Source of the DNA: Clostridia bacterium | GTDB taxonomy: Bacteria; Bacillota; Clostridia; Christensenellales; CAG-138 | Assembly: GCA_030527165.1 (NCBI GenBank) | Contig: JAUNBH010000003.1 | Coordinates: 20,028 to 84,027, forward strand | Direction of reading: 5' to 3' | Length of the DNA: 64,000 nucleotides | Part shown: piece after piece, positions 1-9,563 of the stretch | Position numbering within the stretch: the first letter of the stretch is position 1 | How the letters are laid out: each line of letters begins with the position of its first letter | Translations under genes and position numbers: made by a program | Notes under the pieces: model-generated | Database searches by the model: none | What the model saw: only the letters and a program-made list of their open reading frames with translations | Told to the model about the DNA's origin: nothing

Positions 1-42
1 GCGCTGTGGCGCGCGATATGTTAGCTATATATGGGAGGTACT

Positions 43-2985
43 ATGTCTGATAGAATGACGCCAATGAGCGCAAGCGCGCTCTTCAACTGGGCGAGGCGCG
101 AGTGGGAACAGCGAGACGCCGTGTTCGGTGTGTACGACGTATATGTGGCAAAACGCGGCGCACCGGTGAGCGTGTTCGGCGAAAAGCCCGAGATACCGGC
201 GGGTCCCGCAGCGGGACCTCACACGCAGCTCGCGCAGAACATAGTGGCGGCGTATGCGGCTGGGGCGAGGTATTTTGAGCTCAAGACGGTGCAGGAGATA
301 GACGGCGAGGACCTGCCGGTTCAGAAGCCGTGCATATTGGCGGCGGACGAGTGCTACAACGTCGAATGGTCGACGGAGCTGCGCGTGGAGCAGGCGCTCG
401 GGGAGTACATAAAGGCGTACTTCGCGCTCAAATTACTGAGCAGGTATTACGGCTTTGGCGCCGAGGACGGGTTTGTGTTCAACATGAGCGTGGGCTACGA
501 TATGAAGGGCATAACCGGCGAAAAAGTCGACCGCTTTATCGAGGGGATGAAACGGGCGGACACTGCGCTCGCATGGCGGGAGTGCATAAGTGCGGCGAAG
601 CGGGTGTTTCCGGAGCTGGAGAGCTACATAGATGGACTATCACCTGAGATATGCCATTCAGTGACGCTCTCGACGCTGCACGGGTGCCCGCCCGATGAGA
701 TCGAGCGCATCGCGCGCTATCTCATCGAGGTGAAGCGGCTTAACACGCTGGTCAAGTGCAATCCCACGCTTTTGGGCTATGAGTATGCGAGGTCTGCGCT
801 CAACGCGCTGGGCTACGGCTATATGGCGTTTGGGGACGGGCATTTTAAGAGCGACTTGCAGTTTAAGGACGCTATACCCATGTTCAGGCGGCTGAAGGTC
901 ACGGCGGCGGCGCACGGCGTAGAGTTCGGCGTCAAGCTCTCCAATACCATGCCGGTCGACATTGAGCGCGGCGAGCTTCCGGGCAACGAGATGTACATGA
1001 GCGGAAGGTCGCTGTTCCCGCTCACGGTGGAGCTTGCGCACAGGATAGCGAGGGAGTTTGGGGGCGACTTGCGAATATCGTTTTCGGGCGGCGCGGACGC
1101 CTTCAACATTGCAGAGCTGTACGCGTGCGGAGTATATCCCATTACATTTGCCACGACGCTGCTAAAACCGGGCGGTTACAACCGCTGCAAACAGATAGCG
1201 CAGCTGCTTGAGGCCCAGGAGCCCCCGGCCGCCGTGATAGATGCAGAGCGCTTGGGTTCTGTCGCCAGAGGCGCGCGAGAGGGGCTGCGCTACCGCAAGG
1301 GCAGCGGCCCGAGGGCCGCGCGCAAACCGACGGGGCGCGTGCCGCAGGTGAACTGCTTTACGGCGGCATGCACATCCGGATGCCCCATTTCGCAGGAGAT
1401 TCCCGAATACATGGCGCTCTACGGCAAGGGCATGTACGCCGAGGCGCTTCACACCATAATGCGGCGCAACCCGCTACCCAACATAACCGGAACGATTTGC
1501 ACGCACAAGTGCATGGCGGCATGCGCGCGGAATTATTACGACAGTCCCGTGCAGATTCGCGCAGCGAAGCTCCACGCCGCTGAGCTCGGGCACATCGAGG
1601 TGCTTCAATCGCTGCGCGCGCGCGTGCGCGATGACATTCCCGCGGTTGCGATAGTGGGCGGAGGCCCCGCCGGCATGGCTGCGGCGCACTTCCTGGCGCG
1701 CGAGGGCAGGCGCGTGGTGATATTTGAGCGTGAAGACGCCCTTGGCGGCACGGTGAGGCATATCATACCCGAGTTTAGAATAGCTGAGGACGCCATAGAG
1801 CGCGACGCGCAGTACCTTGAGCGCCTTGGCGTAGAAGTGCGGCTCAATACCCCTGCGCCGTCGATAGACGAGCTCAAGCGCGAGGGATTTGGCAGCGTAA
1901 TAGTGGCGATAGGCGCGCAGAAGCCGGTGAGTGTCGGCATAGACGGCGCGATGGACGCTCTGGAGTATCTGAAGCGAAGGCGCGCGGGAGAGCGCGGACT
2001 GCTCAGCGGCAACGTGGTGGTGATCGGAGCGGGCAACACCGCTATGGACACCGCGCGCGCGGCGATTCGCACGGAGGGAGTAACCGGCGTCACGATAGCG
2101 TATAGGCGCACGGCGGAATACATGCCCGCAGACCGTGAGGAGTTGGAGCTCGCACTTGCGGAGGGCGTTACGCTTCGCGAGATGCTGGAGCCCAAGCGCT
2201 ATGAGAACGGCGTGCTCCTGTGCAGCATAACCGCGCCCGACGGTTTCGACGGGCAGGGGCGGATGCGCTTCACAGGGACAAACCGGGAGGAGGCGCTTCC
2301 CGCGGATTACGTCATTGTAGCGGCGGGAAGCCGTGTAGACAGCGCCTACTTGGAGCAAAACTCTATCTGCGGCGGCGAGGGTATCCTGACGGGTGACCCG
2401 GCGGTTTATGTGGTGGGCGACGCGTGCAGGGGCGCAGCCACAGTCGTGGAGGCGATAGCGGATGCGGCGGATGCGGCGGAGCACATAACCGGCGGGCTGC
2501 ACATGCGGCAAATATCGTTCAAATCCCAGGTGGGGTATCACAAGCTGTTGGCGCGACGCGGCAGGCTCTGCGCGCCGCTCACCGGCATAGACGAGAGCGA
2601 GCGCTGCCTGCAGTGTTCGACCGTGTGCGAGGCGTGTGCGGACGCCTGTCCGAACCGCGCGAACGTGGCGATAAGCGTGCCGGGCATGGAGCAGCGTCAG
2701 ATAATACACATAGACGACTTGTGCAACGAGTGCGGCAACTGCGCGGCGTTCTGCCCGCACGGCGCAAAACCGTATGCGGATAAGCTGACGTACTTTTCGG
2801 ATGTCAAAGCCATGAAGGCGAGCGCGAATGAAGGATTTGCGCTGATAGACGCGAAAGCGAAGCGCGTATACGTCCGCACGGAGGGATTTGAGGGCGAAAC
2901 CACGGTTGCGCAGGATAAGCTGCCAACCGATATTGGGCGTATAATAAACGCCTTCATAGAGAAGTATCAGTATATGTACAGCTGA
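43..2985 (+). CDS. ygfK: YgfK-family Fe-S/FAD/NAD(P) oxidoreductase (putative partner subunit of a Se-dependent Mo hydroxylase, historically 'putative selenate reductase YgfK')
   Basis: Uninterrupted 984-aa ORF (31..2985). It has an N-terminal DPD/DHOD-like barrel region and Cys clusters (CFTAACTSGCP, CTHKCMAAC). Two Rossmann motifs are present (VAIVGGGPAGMAAA, VVVIGAGNTAMD), as in GltD. The C-terminus has a 2x ferredoxin motif (CLQCSTVCEACADACP, CNECGNCAAFCP). ATG 43 follows GGGAGG (33-38); ATG 31 has no SD. Confidence 0.8.
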   Translation: MSDRMTPMSASALFNWARREWEQRDAVFGVYDVYVAKRGAPVSVFGEKPEIPAGPAAGPHTQLAQNIVAAYAAGARYFELKTVQEIDGEDLPVQKPCILAADECYNVEWSTELRVEQALGEYIKAYFALKLLSRYYGFGAEDGFVFNMSVGYDMKGITGEKVDRFIEGMKRADTALAWRECISAAKRVFPELESYIDGLSPEICHSVTLSTLHGCPPDEIERIARYLIEVKRLNTLVKCNPTLLGYEYARSALNALGYGYMAFGDGHFKSDLQFKDAIPMFRRLKVTAAAHGVEFGVKLSNTMPVDIERGELPGNEMYMSGRSLFPLTVELAHRIAREFGGDLRISFSGGADAFNIAELYACGVYPITFATTLLKPGGYNRCKQIAQLLEAQEPPAAVIDAERLGSVARGAREGLRYRKGSGPRAARKPTGRVPQVNCFTAACTSGCPISQEIPEYMALYGKGMYAEALHTIMRRNPLPNITGTICTHKCMAACARNYYDSPVQIRAAKLHAAELGHIEVLQSLRARVRDDIPAVAIVGGGPAGMAAAHFLAREGRRVVIFEREDALGGTVRHIIPEFRIAEDAIERDAQYLERLGVEVRLNTPAPSIDELKREGFGSVIVAIGAQKPVSVGIDGAMDALEYLKRRRAGERGLLSGNVVVIGAGNTAMDTARAAIRTEGVTGVTIAYRRTAEYMPADREELELALAEGVTLREMLEPKRYENGVLLCSITAPDGFDGQGRMRFTGTNREEALPADYVIVAAGSRVDSAYLEQNSICGGEGILTGDPAVYVVGDACRGAATVVEAIADAADAAEHITGGLHMRQISFKSQVGYHKLLARRGRLCAPLTGIDESERCLQCSTVCEACADACPNRANVAISVPGMEQRQIIHIDDLCNECGNCAAFCPHGAKPYADKLTYFSDVKAMKASANEGFALIDAKAKRVYVRTEGFEGETTVAQDKLPTDIGRIINAFIEKYQYMYS

Positions 2986-2998
2986 CGGAGGAACGGCG

Positions 2999-5557
2999 AT
3001 GGCGCGATTTACGGTCAACGGCGCGGACTGCAGCCCTCAGAACGGCGGAAGGCTTATAGACTTCCTGCGCGATGAGCTGAAGCTCACCTCGGTGAAGAAT
3101 GGCTGCAAAGAGGGTGCGTGCGGCGCGTGTATGGTCATAATCGATGGCAAGGCGCAGCGCGCATGCATACAGCGAGTGGATGCGCTCGAAGGGAAGGCGG
3201 TGCTCACGGTGGAGGGGCTTTCCGATTGTGAGCGCGAGGTATATGCGTACGCCTTTGCACGCGCGGGCGCGGTGCAGTGCGGCTTCTGCACCCCCGGCAT
3301 GATAATGAGCGCCAAGGCGCTGATAGACGCGAATCCGCACCCGAGCGCAGCGCAGGTGAAGGAGGCGCTCCGCGGGAACGTCTGCCGCTGCACCGGTTAT
3401 AAGAAGATAGAGCGCGCAGTGCTGCTCGCCGCCGCGATACTAAGGGGCGACGAGCGGATGGAGCCGGACGGAGCCGCGCGCGTGGGCGTAAGGTTTGCCC
3501 GCGTGGACGCCGTGGGAAAGGCGCTGGGCAGCACGAAGTATGCCGACGACGTCTATATGGACGGCATGCTGTACGGCTCGGCGCTCAGGAGCGCGCATCC
3601 GAGGGCGCGCGTGCTGTCGATAGACACGGCGCAGGCAGAGGCGCTGCCGGGTGTGGCAGCGGTCGTGACTGCCAAGGACATTCCCGGCGCCCGGAAGATA
3701 GGGCATATAGTACAGGACTGGGATGTGTTGATACCGGTGGGCGGCATTACGCATTACTTGGGCGACTCGATAGCTCTCGTGGCGGCACACGACAGGGAGA
3801 CGGTAGAGCGCGCCAAGGCGCTTATAGAGGTCGAGTACGAGGTATTAGAAGCGGTCTTCTCGCCCGGGCGCGCATTGGAGGAGGGCGCCGTGAAGCTGCA
3901 CGGGGATTCAAACGTGCTGGCGCTGGAGCACCTCGTGCGCGGGGATGCCGCGGGCGCCATCGCGCACAGCGCACATGTGGTGACGGAGCGCTACAGCCTG
4001 CCGTTTACCGAGCACGCGTTTCTCGAGCCGGAATGCGCCGTTGCGTACATGGAGGACGAGTGCGTGCGCATACTCAGCGCCGACCAGGGCATTTACCAGA
4101 CGCGCAAGGAGTGCGCTGCAATGCTCGGGTTGCCTGAGGAGCGCGTGCGCGTAACTGCCATGGCGGTGGGCGGCGGCTTTGGCGGCAAGGAGGATATGAG
4201 CGTCCAGCACCACGCGGCGCTGTTGGCATACATCACAAAGCGGCCGGTAAAGGTCGCGCTCACGCGGCAGGAGAGCATACTGGTTCACCCAAAGCGGCAT
4301 GCGATGGAGTTGGAGTTCACGACGGCGTGCGACGAGGAGGGCTATCTTACCGGAATGAAGGCCGTCATTATTGCCGACACGGGCGCGTACGCCAGCTTAG
4401 GCGGCCCGGTGCTCCAGCGGGCCTGTACGCACGCGGCCGGGCCGTATAACTACCAGAACGTGGACATACTGGGCATGGCGGTGTACACGAATAATCCGCC
4501 CGCGGGCGCGTTTCGCGGCTTCGGGGTGACACAGAGCTGCTTTGCAACGGAGTGCAATATAAACAGGTTGGCGGAATTGGTTGGTATCTCGCCCTATGAG
4601 TTCAGGCTAAAAAACGCAATACGCCCGGGGCAGACGCTGCCAAACGGGCAGCTTGCGGACGACGGCACGGCTCTCGTGGAGACTTTGGAGGCCGTGCGCG
4701 GCGTCGTTGAGGCAAATCCGGGCTGCGGCATAGCCTGCGCGCTGAAGAATGCCGGCCTGGGCGTCGGAAACCGCGATGTGGGGCGCTGCAGGCTCGCTAT
4801 TGAGAGCGGCAAGGTGCGAATCTACTCGAGCGCCGCGTGCATAGGCCAGGGAATGGGCACGGTGCTCACGCAGCTCGTATGCGAGGAGACGGGTCTGCCC
4901 GCAGAGCGCGTTGAGTACATGCCGCCCGACACGGCGCTTGCGCCCAATGCGGGCAACACCACGGCGTCGCGGCAAACCCTCTTCACGGGTGAGGCGTGCG
5001 CGCGCGCAGCGCGTGCTTTGGCGTCTGCCATGAGCTGCAAATCGCTCGACGCGCTTGAGGGGGAGAGCTTTTACGGCGAGTACGAAGGCGTGACGGACCC
5101 CATGGGCAGCGCCAAGGAGAATCCGGTTAGCCACATAGCTTACGGTTACGCCACGCACGTCGTGGTGCTCAACGACGACGGCACGCTCAATTCCGTTACG
5201 GCGGCGCACGACGTAGGCAGGGCGATAAACCCTACCGCGATAGAGGGACAGATAGAGGGCGGCGTGACGATGAGCCTGGGCTACGCGCTGACGGAGGATT
5301 TCCCCCTGCGCGAGGGGAAGCCGCTCGCCAGGTTTGGCACGCTCGGGTTGTTCCGTGCACCTCAAACGCCGGATATAAACGCGCTCATAATCGAGAAGAA
5401 CGACTCCGAACTGGCGCACGGCGCAAAGGGTATAGGCGAGATATGCTCCATACCCACGGCTCCGGCGGTGGCATTGGCGTACGAAAACCGCGACGGGCTG
5501 CGCCGCACATCGCTTCCGCTCGAGGGCACTCCGTATTCGAGGAAAAAGCGGGAATAG
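2999..5557 (+). CDS. Xanthine-dehydrogenase-family molybdopterin hydroxylase with fused N-terminal [2Fe-2S] domains (size and architecture of the 'selenium-dependent molybdenum hydroxylase 1' class)
   Basis: 852-aa ORF with a GGAGGAA SD. N-terminal plant-type and second 2Fe-2S motifs are present (CKEGACGACMV; CGFCTPGMIM; CRCTGYKKI). An Ald_Xan_dh_C-like segment follows (GSTKYADDVYMDGMLYGSALRSAHPRARV). The Mo-binding body carries GGGFGGKE. No FAD-binding domain is present. Confidence 0.85.
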   Translation: MARFTVNGADCSPQNGGRLIDFLRDELKLTSVKNGCKEGACGACMVIIDGKAQRACIQRVDALEGKAVLTVEGLSDCEREVYAYAFARAGAVQCGFCTPGMIMSAKALIDANPHPSAAQVKEALRGNVCRCTGYKKIERAVLLAAAILRGDERMEPDGAARVGVRFARVDAVGKALGSTKYADDVYMDGMLYGSALRSAHPRARVLSIDTAQAEALPGVAAVVTAKDIPGARKIGHIVQDWDVLIPVGGITHYLGDSIALVAAHDRETVERAKALIEVEYEVLEAVFSPGRALEEGAVKLHGDSNVLALEHLVRGDAAGAIAHSAHVVTERYSLPFTEHAFLEPECAVAYMEDECVRILSADQGIYQTRKECAAMLGLPEERVRVTAMAVGGGFGGKEDMSVQHHAALLAYITKRPVKVALTRQESILVHPKRHAMELEFTTACDEEGYLTGMKAVIIADTGAYASLGGPVLQRACTHAAGPYNYQNVDILGMAVYTNNPPAGAFRGFGVTQSCFATECNINRLAELVGISPYEFRLKNAIRPGQTLPNGQLADDGTALVETLEAVRGVVEANPGCGIACALKNAGLGVGNRDVGRCRLAIESGKVRIYSSAACIGQGMGTVLTQLVCEETGLPAERVEYMPPDTALAPNAGNTTASRQTLFTGEACARAARALASAMSCKSLDALEGESFYGEYEGVTDPMGSAKENPVSHIAYGYATHVVVLNDDGTLNSVTAAHDVGRAINPTAIEGQIEGGVTMSLGYALTEDFPLREGKPLARFGTLGLFRAPQTPDINALIIEKNDSELAHGAKGIGEICSIPTAPAVALAYENRDGLRRTSLPLEGTPYSRKKRE

Positions 5558-5580
5558 AGCGTGCGCCACGCCGGTCTTAG

Positions 5581-5614
5581 CGCGCGCCGGACGACGAGCC
5601 GCGGCGCGTTTTTT
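5581..5614 (+). terminator. Rho-independent terminator after the hydroxylase gene
   Basis: GC-rich imperfect hairpin (cgcgcgccgg...ccgcggcgcg) followed by T6 (5609-5614). Confidence 0.6.
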
Positions 5615-5822
5615 CGCGTGCGAGCAGACTTTTGACCGTATTGGGGCGTGCAGCCGTCATGGAAGTCCGCGCGTGGCGGTGACGCGGGATGAATGATAAC
5701 CGTTTTTGCGGGAAAATGTCTTTTTGCTATTGCAAACGGCATTCCGACAATGTAGAGTATTACCGAACAGGGGGATGTTGCGTCGCCTTGTAAATCATTG
5801 CGCAAGCATGGGAGGAAAGCAA

Positions 5823-6137
5823 ATGCAAATCGTCGCTTTGGGCGTGGCAGGCACTATGGAGTCATCGGACATAATAGTACGCATAGAGCCGAATGACGGG
5901 GGCGGTATTGAGCTTTCGATAGAGAGCACGGTCATGCAGCAGTACGGCAAGCAGATAGACAGAGTCATTCGCAAGACATTGAGCGATCTGGGTGTGGAGT
6001 CGGCGACAGTCGCCGTAGTCGACAAGGGCGCGCTCGACTGTACGATTGCCGCTCGCGTTTCGTGTGCGGCATTCAGGGCAGCGCAGAGTACCGACTACGT
6101 CTGGAACGGAGGAGTAAAGCAATGCCAGGCAGACTGA
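5823..6137 (+). CDS. citD: Citrate lyase acyl carrier protein (gamma subunit)
   Basis: Begins MQIVALGVAGTMESSDIIVRIEP, with the prosthetic-group serine context (ESSD). GGGAGGAAAG SD lies upstream of ATG 5823. The longer track ORF (5706) has no SD. The 3' end overlaps the citE start. Confidence 0.85.
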   Translation: MQIVALGVAGTMESSDIIVRIEPNDGGGIELSIESTVMQQYGKQIDRVIRKTLSDLGVESATVAVVDKGALDCTIAARVSCAAFRAAQSTDYVWNGGVKQCQAD

Positions 6138-7015
6138 GAAGGAGCATGTTGTTCGTACCCGGCAACAACCCCGGAATGATAAGGGACGCGCACATATACG
6201 GTTCGGACAGTATCATGTTCGACCTTGAGGACAGCGTCTCTATAAACGAAAAGGACGCTGCGCGGTATCTGGTGTACAAGGCGCTGACCAGTCTCAGGTA
6301 CGGCAAGAAGGAGCTGGTCGTCAGGATAAACGCGCTGGACACGCGGCTCGGCATAGACGATCTCGAGGCGATGGTTCGCGCCAGGCCCCATGTGATACGG
6401 CTGCCAAAGACGGAAACCGCGCAGGACGTCATTGACTGCGAGCGCGAAATAGCGCGTATAGAGGCGGAAATAGGATTGCCCATAGGAACGACGGGCATGA
6501 TGGCGGCGATAGAGAGCGCCAAGGGAGTGCTCAACGCCTATGACATAGCGCGCAGTTCTGAGCGGCTCATAGGCATAGCGCTCGGCGCCGAGGACTATGT
6601 GACGGATCTAAAGACGACGCGTTCTCCGGAGGGCGTAGAGCTGCTGTTCGCGCGCTCGATGATAGTGAATGCGGCGCGGGCGGCGGGGATAGCCGCGCTC
6701 GACACCGTGTACTCCGACGTCAACAACGAGGAGGGCTTCCGCGCAGAAGCCGAACTCATAAAGAAACTCGGCTTTGACGGCAAGAGCGTCATAAACCCCA
6801 GGCAGATACAGCCGCTGCACGACGTATTCACGCCATCGCAGCGGGATTTGGATAAGGCGCGCGCCATAATGGAGGCGATTAAAGAGGCCGAGAGCAGGGG
6901 CTCCGGTGTCATAAGTCTCAACGGCAAGATGATAGATAAGCCCGTAGTCGAGCGGGCGCGGTATATGCTGGAGCGCGCCGAGGCGTCCGCAGTGATACCC
7001 ATCGAGGAGGTATAA
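6122..7015 (+). CDS. citE: Citrate lyase beta subunit (citryl-CoA lyase)
   Basis: Begins MPGRLRRSMLFVPGNNPGMI, the HpcH/CitE-type N-terminus. GGAGGAG SD precedes ATG 6122. The gene lies between citD and citF. Confidence 0.9.
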   Translation: MPGRLRRSMLFVPGNNPGMIRDAHIYGSDSIMFDLEDSVSINEKDAARYLVYKALTSLRYGKKELVVRINALDTRLGIDDLEAMVRARPHVIRLPKTETAQDVIDCEREIARIEAEIGLPIGTTGMMAAIESAKGVLNAYDIARSSERLIGIALGAEDYVTDLKTTRSPEGVELLFARSMIVNAARAAGIAALDTVYSDVNNEEGFRAEAELIKKLGFDGKSVINPRQIQPLHDVFTPSQRDLDKARAIMEAIKEAESRGSGVISLNGKMIDKPVVERARYMLERAEASAVIPIEEV

Positions 7016-7019
7016 AAGC

Positions 7020-8567
7020 ATGGAATTCAACGTCAACAGCATACCGCATTACAGAGAGATAGACGGCGCGCATGGCATATATGACGAGGGAAACGTGCCC
7101 GTAAAGAAGACGGTTACGCTTCTTGAGCGCCAGATGACCATGAACAAAATGCTGCCTTCTTTGGAAGAGGCGATACGCCGCGTTGGGCTGACGGATGGCA
7201 TGACAATATCCTTCCACCATCATTTCCGCAACGGCGATTTCGTCGTGAACATGGTGATGGACACCATAGCCAAGATGGGCATAAGGAACCTGGTGTTGGC
7301 CGCCAGTTCGCTGTCGGACATACACGAGCCGCTGATAGAGCACATAAAGAACGGGGTAGTGACGCATGTGGAGACGAGCGGGCTCAGGGGCAAGCTCGCG
7401 GAAGTCATATCGCACGGCTTGATGGAGTTCCCGGTGGTGTTCCGCTCACACGGCGGGCGCGCTGCCGCGATTGAAACGGGCGAACTGCACATAGACGTAG
7501 CGTTTTTGGGCGCGCCGTCCTGCGACCCGTACGGAAACGCTAACGGCTACAACCGCGATGAGGACAACGGGTCATGCTGCGGCAGCCTGGGATACGCGAA
7601 GCTCGACGCCATAAAGGCGGACAAATGCGTAATTATCACGGATCACATTGTACCATTCCCCAACGCGCCGTTCGGCATTCCGGAGTCCCAGGTGGATTAC
7701 GTCGTAAAAGTGGACAGTGTGGGCGACCCGAAGGGCATAATGAGCGGCGCCACCCGCTACACCAAGAACCCCAAGGAGCTGCTCATAGCCAAGACCGCAG
7801 CCGACGTCATAGAGGCCAGTGGCTACTTCTACCAGGGCTTTTCGATGCAGATGGGCTCGGGCGGCGCATCGCTTGCAACGGCGCGGTTCCTGAGGGATAA
7901 GATGCTCGCGAAGGGCATAAAGTGCAGCTTTGCCCTGGGCGGGATAACGGGCCAGATAGTTTCCATGCACGAGGAGGGCCTCATCAAGAAGATACTCGAC
8001 GTGCAATCGTTTGACATCGTGGCGGCGAACTCGCTCAAGAACAACCGCTTCCATCAGCAGATAGACGCGTCGTATTACGCGAGCTATGTTAACAGGGGCT
8101 CGGCGGTCAATCAGTTGGACTTCGTGGTGCTCTCCGCGCTCGAGGTCGACGTCAACTTCGATGTAAACGTGCTCACCGGGTCGGACGGCATAATCAGGGG
8201 GGCCATAGGCGGGCATCCGGATACGGCTGCGGGCGCGAGTCTCTCCGTGGTGGTAGTGCCGCTTCTGAGGGGCAGGATACCCTGTGTGGTTGAAAAGGTA
8301 AACACCGTGGTGACGCCGGGGAGGACCATTGACGTAGTCGTGACGGACCAGGGCGTCGCGGTAAACCCCAACAGGCCGGAAATCCGGGAAAAACTCATAG
8401 CCGCGGGCATTCAGGTGTTCTCCATAGAGCAGCTTAAGGCGCGGGCGGAGCGCATAGTGGGCGTACCGGAGCCCATAAAGTACGAGGACAGGATAGTAGG
8501 CGTCGTGATGTATCGCGACAATACCGTTATCGACGTGATACGCAAGATAGGGGAAGTAGAACTGTAA
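7020..8567 (+). CDS. citF: Citrate lyase alpha subunit (citrate CoA-transferase)
   Basis: 515 aa with typical CitF size and position. The operon order is citD-citE-citF. Confidence 0.9.
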   Translation: MEFNVNSIPHYREIDGAHGIYDEGNVPVKKTVTLLERQMTMNKMLPSLEEAIRRVGLTDGMTISFHHHFRNGDFVVNMVMDTIAKMGIRNLVLAASSLSDIHEPLIEHIKNGVVTHVETSGLRGKLAEVISHGLMEFPVVFRSHGGRAAAIETGELHIDVAFLGAPSCDPYGNANGYNRDEDNGSCCGSLGYAKLDAIKADKCVIITDHIVPFPNAPFGIPESQVDYVVKVDSVGDPKGIMSGATRYTKNPKELLIAKTAADVIEASGYFYQGFSMQMGSGGASLATARFLRDKMLAKGIKCSFALGGITGQIVSMHEEGLIKKILDVQSFDIVAANSLKNNRFHQQIDASYYASYVNRGSAVNQLDFVVLSALEVDVNFDVNVLTGSDGIIRGAIGGHPDTAAGASLSVVVVPLLRGRIPCVVEKVNTVVTPGRTIDVVVTDQGVAVNPNRPEIREKLIAAGIQVFSIEQLKARAERIVGVPEPIKYEDRIVGVVMYRDNTVIDVIRKIGEVEL

Positions 8568-9538
8568 TGCTGGAGATGGGCACGGGCGCGCCGCTCAAGG
8601 GGGCGCGCCTGAACCGAGTCAGAGAGTTTTTGGCGGTGCGGGGTCTGCGCATGGGCGATGACGCCGAATACACCGTGTGCCTCTTTGACGAGCGCGAGGA
8701 GCTGGTAGGCACTGGCTCGCTCTCCGCAAATGTGCTCAAGTACATAGCCGTAGCTGAGGACGTGCAGGGCGAGGGCGCATGCGCAAAGATTGTCTCGGAG
8801 TTGGTCAGCTTCGCGTACAGGCAAGGACGCGCGCATCTTTTCGTCTTTACGAAGCCGCAAAACGAGAAGCAGTTCAGAGCGCTTGGCTTTTACCCGATAG
8901 TATCTACTGAGGAAGCTATGCTGTTGGAGAACGACAGGCGCGGTCTGAGTACGTTCCTCAACTCGCTCCCCAGGGGTAACGGTGGGGTCGTGGGCGCGGC
9001 GGTAGTGAACTGCAACCCGTTTACGCTGGGGCATGCCTATCTGCTGGAGACCGCGGCGGGCATGGTGGATTGGCTGCACGTGTTCGTGTTGTCCGAAAAC
9101 CGCTCTCACTTTGATGCTCAGGAGCGCTACTTACTGGTGCGCGAGGGGACGAAGCGGCTGAAGAACGTATTCGTCCACAGGAGCGCCGACTATCTAATTT
9201 CTTCCGCGACGTTTCCGACATATTTTATGAAGGAGTCGGCGGATTCGGCGGCTATAAACGCCGACCTCGACATTCTGCTGTTTGCGGAGCGCATAGCGCC
9301 GGCGCTTAACATAACAAAGCGCTTTGTCGGGACGGAGCCTTTCTGCGCGGTTACGCGCGCGTACAACGAGCGGATGAAGGCGGTGCTGCCGAAGTACGGC
9401 ATAGAGCTCGTGGAGATAGAGCGCAAGGACGGCATCAGCGCAAGTGAAGTGCGGCGGCTCATGGCGGCGGGAGATATGGAAGGCGTGCGCAGGCTGGTGC
9501 CGGAGTGCACATACGAATATCTGTATGGCGGGCGCTGA
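8567..9538 (+). CDS. citC: [Citrate (pro-3S)-lyase] ligase
   Basis: N-terminal acetyltransferase-like region plus a cytidylyltransferase-like core with VVNCNPFTLGHAYLLE. The start overlaps the citF stop (TAATG). Confidence 0.9.
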   Translation: MLEMGTGAPLKGARLNRVREFLAVRGLRMGDDAEYTVCLFDEREELVGTGSLSANVLKYIAVAEDVQGEGACAKIVSELVSFAYRQGRAHLFVFTKPQNEKQFRALGFYPIVSTEEAMLLENDRRGLSTFLNSLPRGNGGVVGAAVVNCNPFTLGHAYLLETAAGMVDWLHVFVLSENRSHFDAQERYLLVREGTKRLKNVFVHRSADYLISSATFPTYFMKESADSAAINADLDILLFAERIAPALNITKRFVGTEPFCAVTRAYNERMKAVLPKYGIELVEIERKDGISASEVRRLMAAGDMEGVRRLVPECTYEYLYGGR

Positions 9539-9563
9539 GAGAGTGGAAGTTTCATTGGAGGAA

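Noticed and set aside
1474-3018. 514-aa ORF on the minus strand, antisense to ygfK. Similar long antisense ORFs occur at 4607-5569, 20554-21210, 33013-34011, 34863-35912, 36636-37781, 42900-43745, 43942-44865, 45412-45993 and 59201-60010.
   Set aside because: These are shadow ORFs, typical of GC-rich coding DNA. They lie fully inside strongly supported genes on the other strand. Their products are Arg/Ala/His/Pro-rich low-complexity sequence with no motifs, and they have no SD at their starts.
9444-9563. Upstream extension of citXG that overlaps citC by 95 nt. Analogous extensions exist for citD (5706-5822), citE (6062-6121), pcp (49127-49351), the DRTGG gene (51880-51918) and the second ABC gene (32512-32550).
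   Set aside because: In each case an internal ATG or GTG with a proper GGAGG-type SD coincides with the start of family-typical sequence. The extension lies inside the preceding gene or an intergenic promoter.
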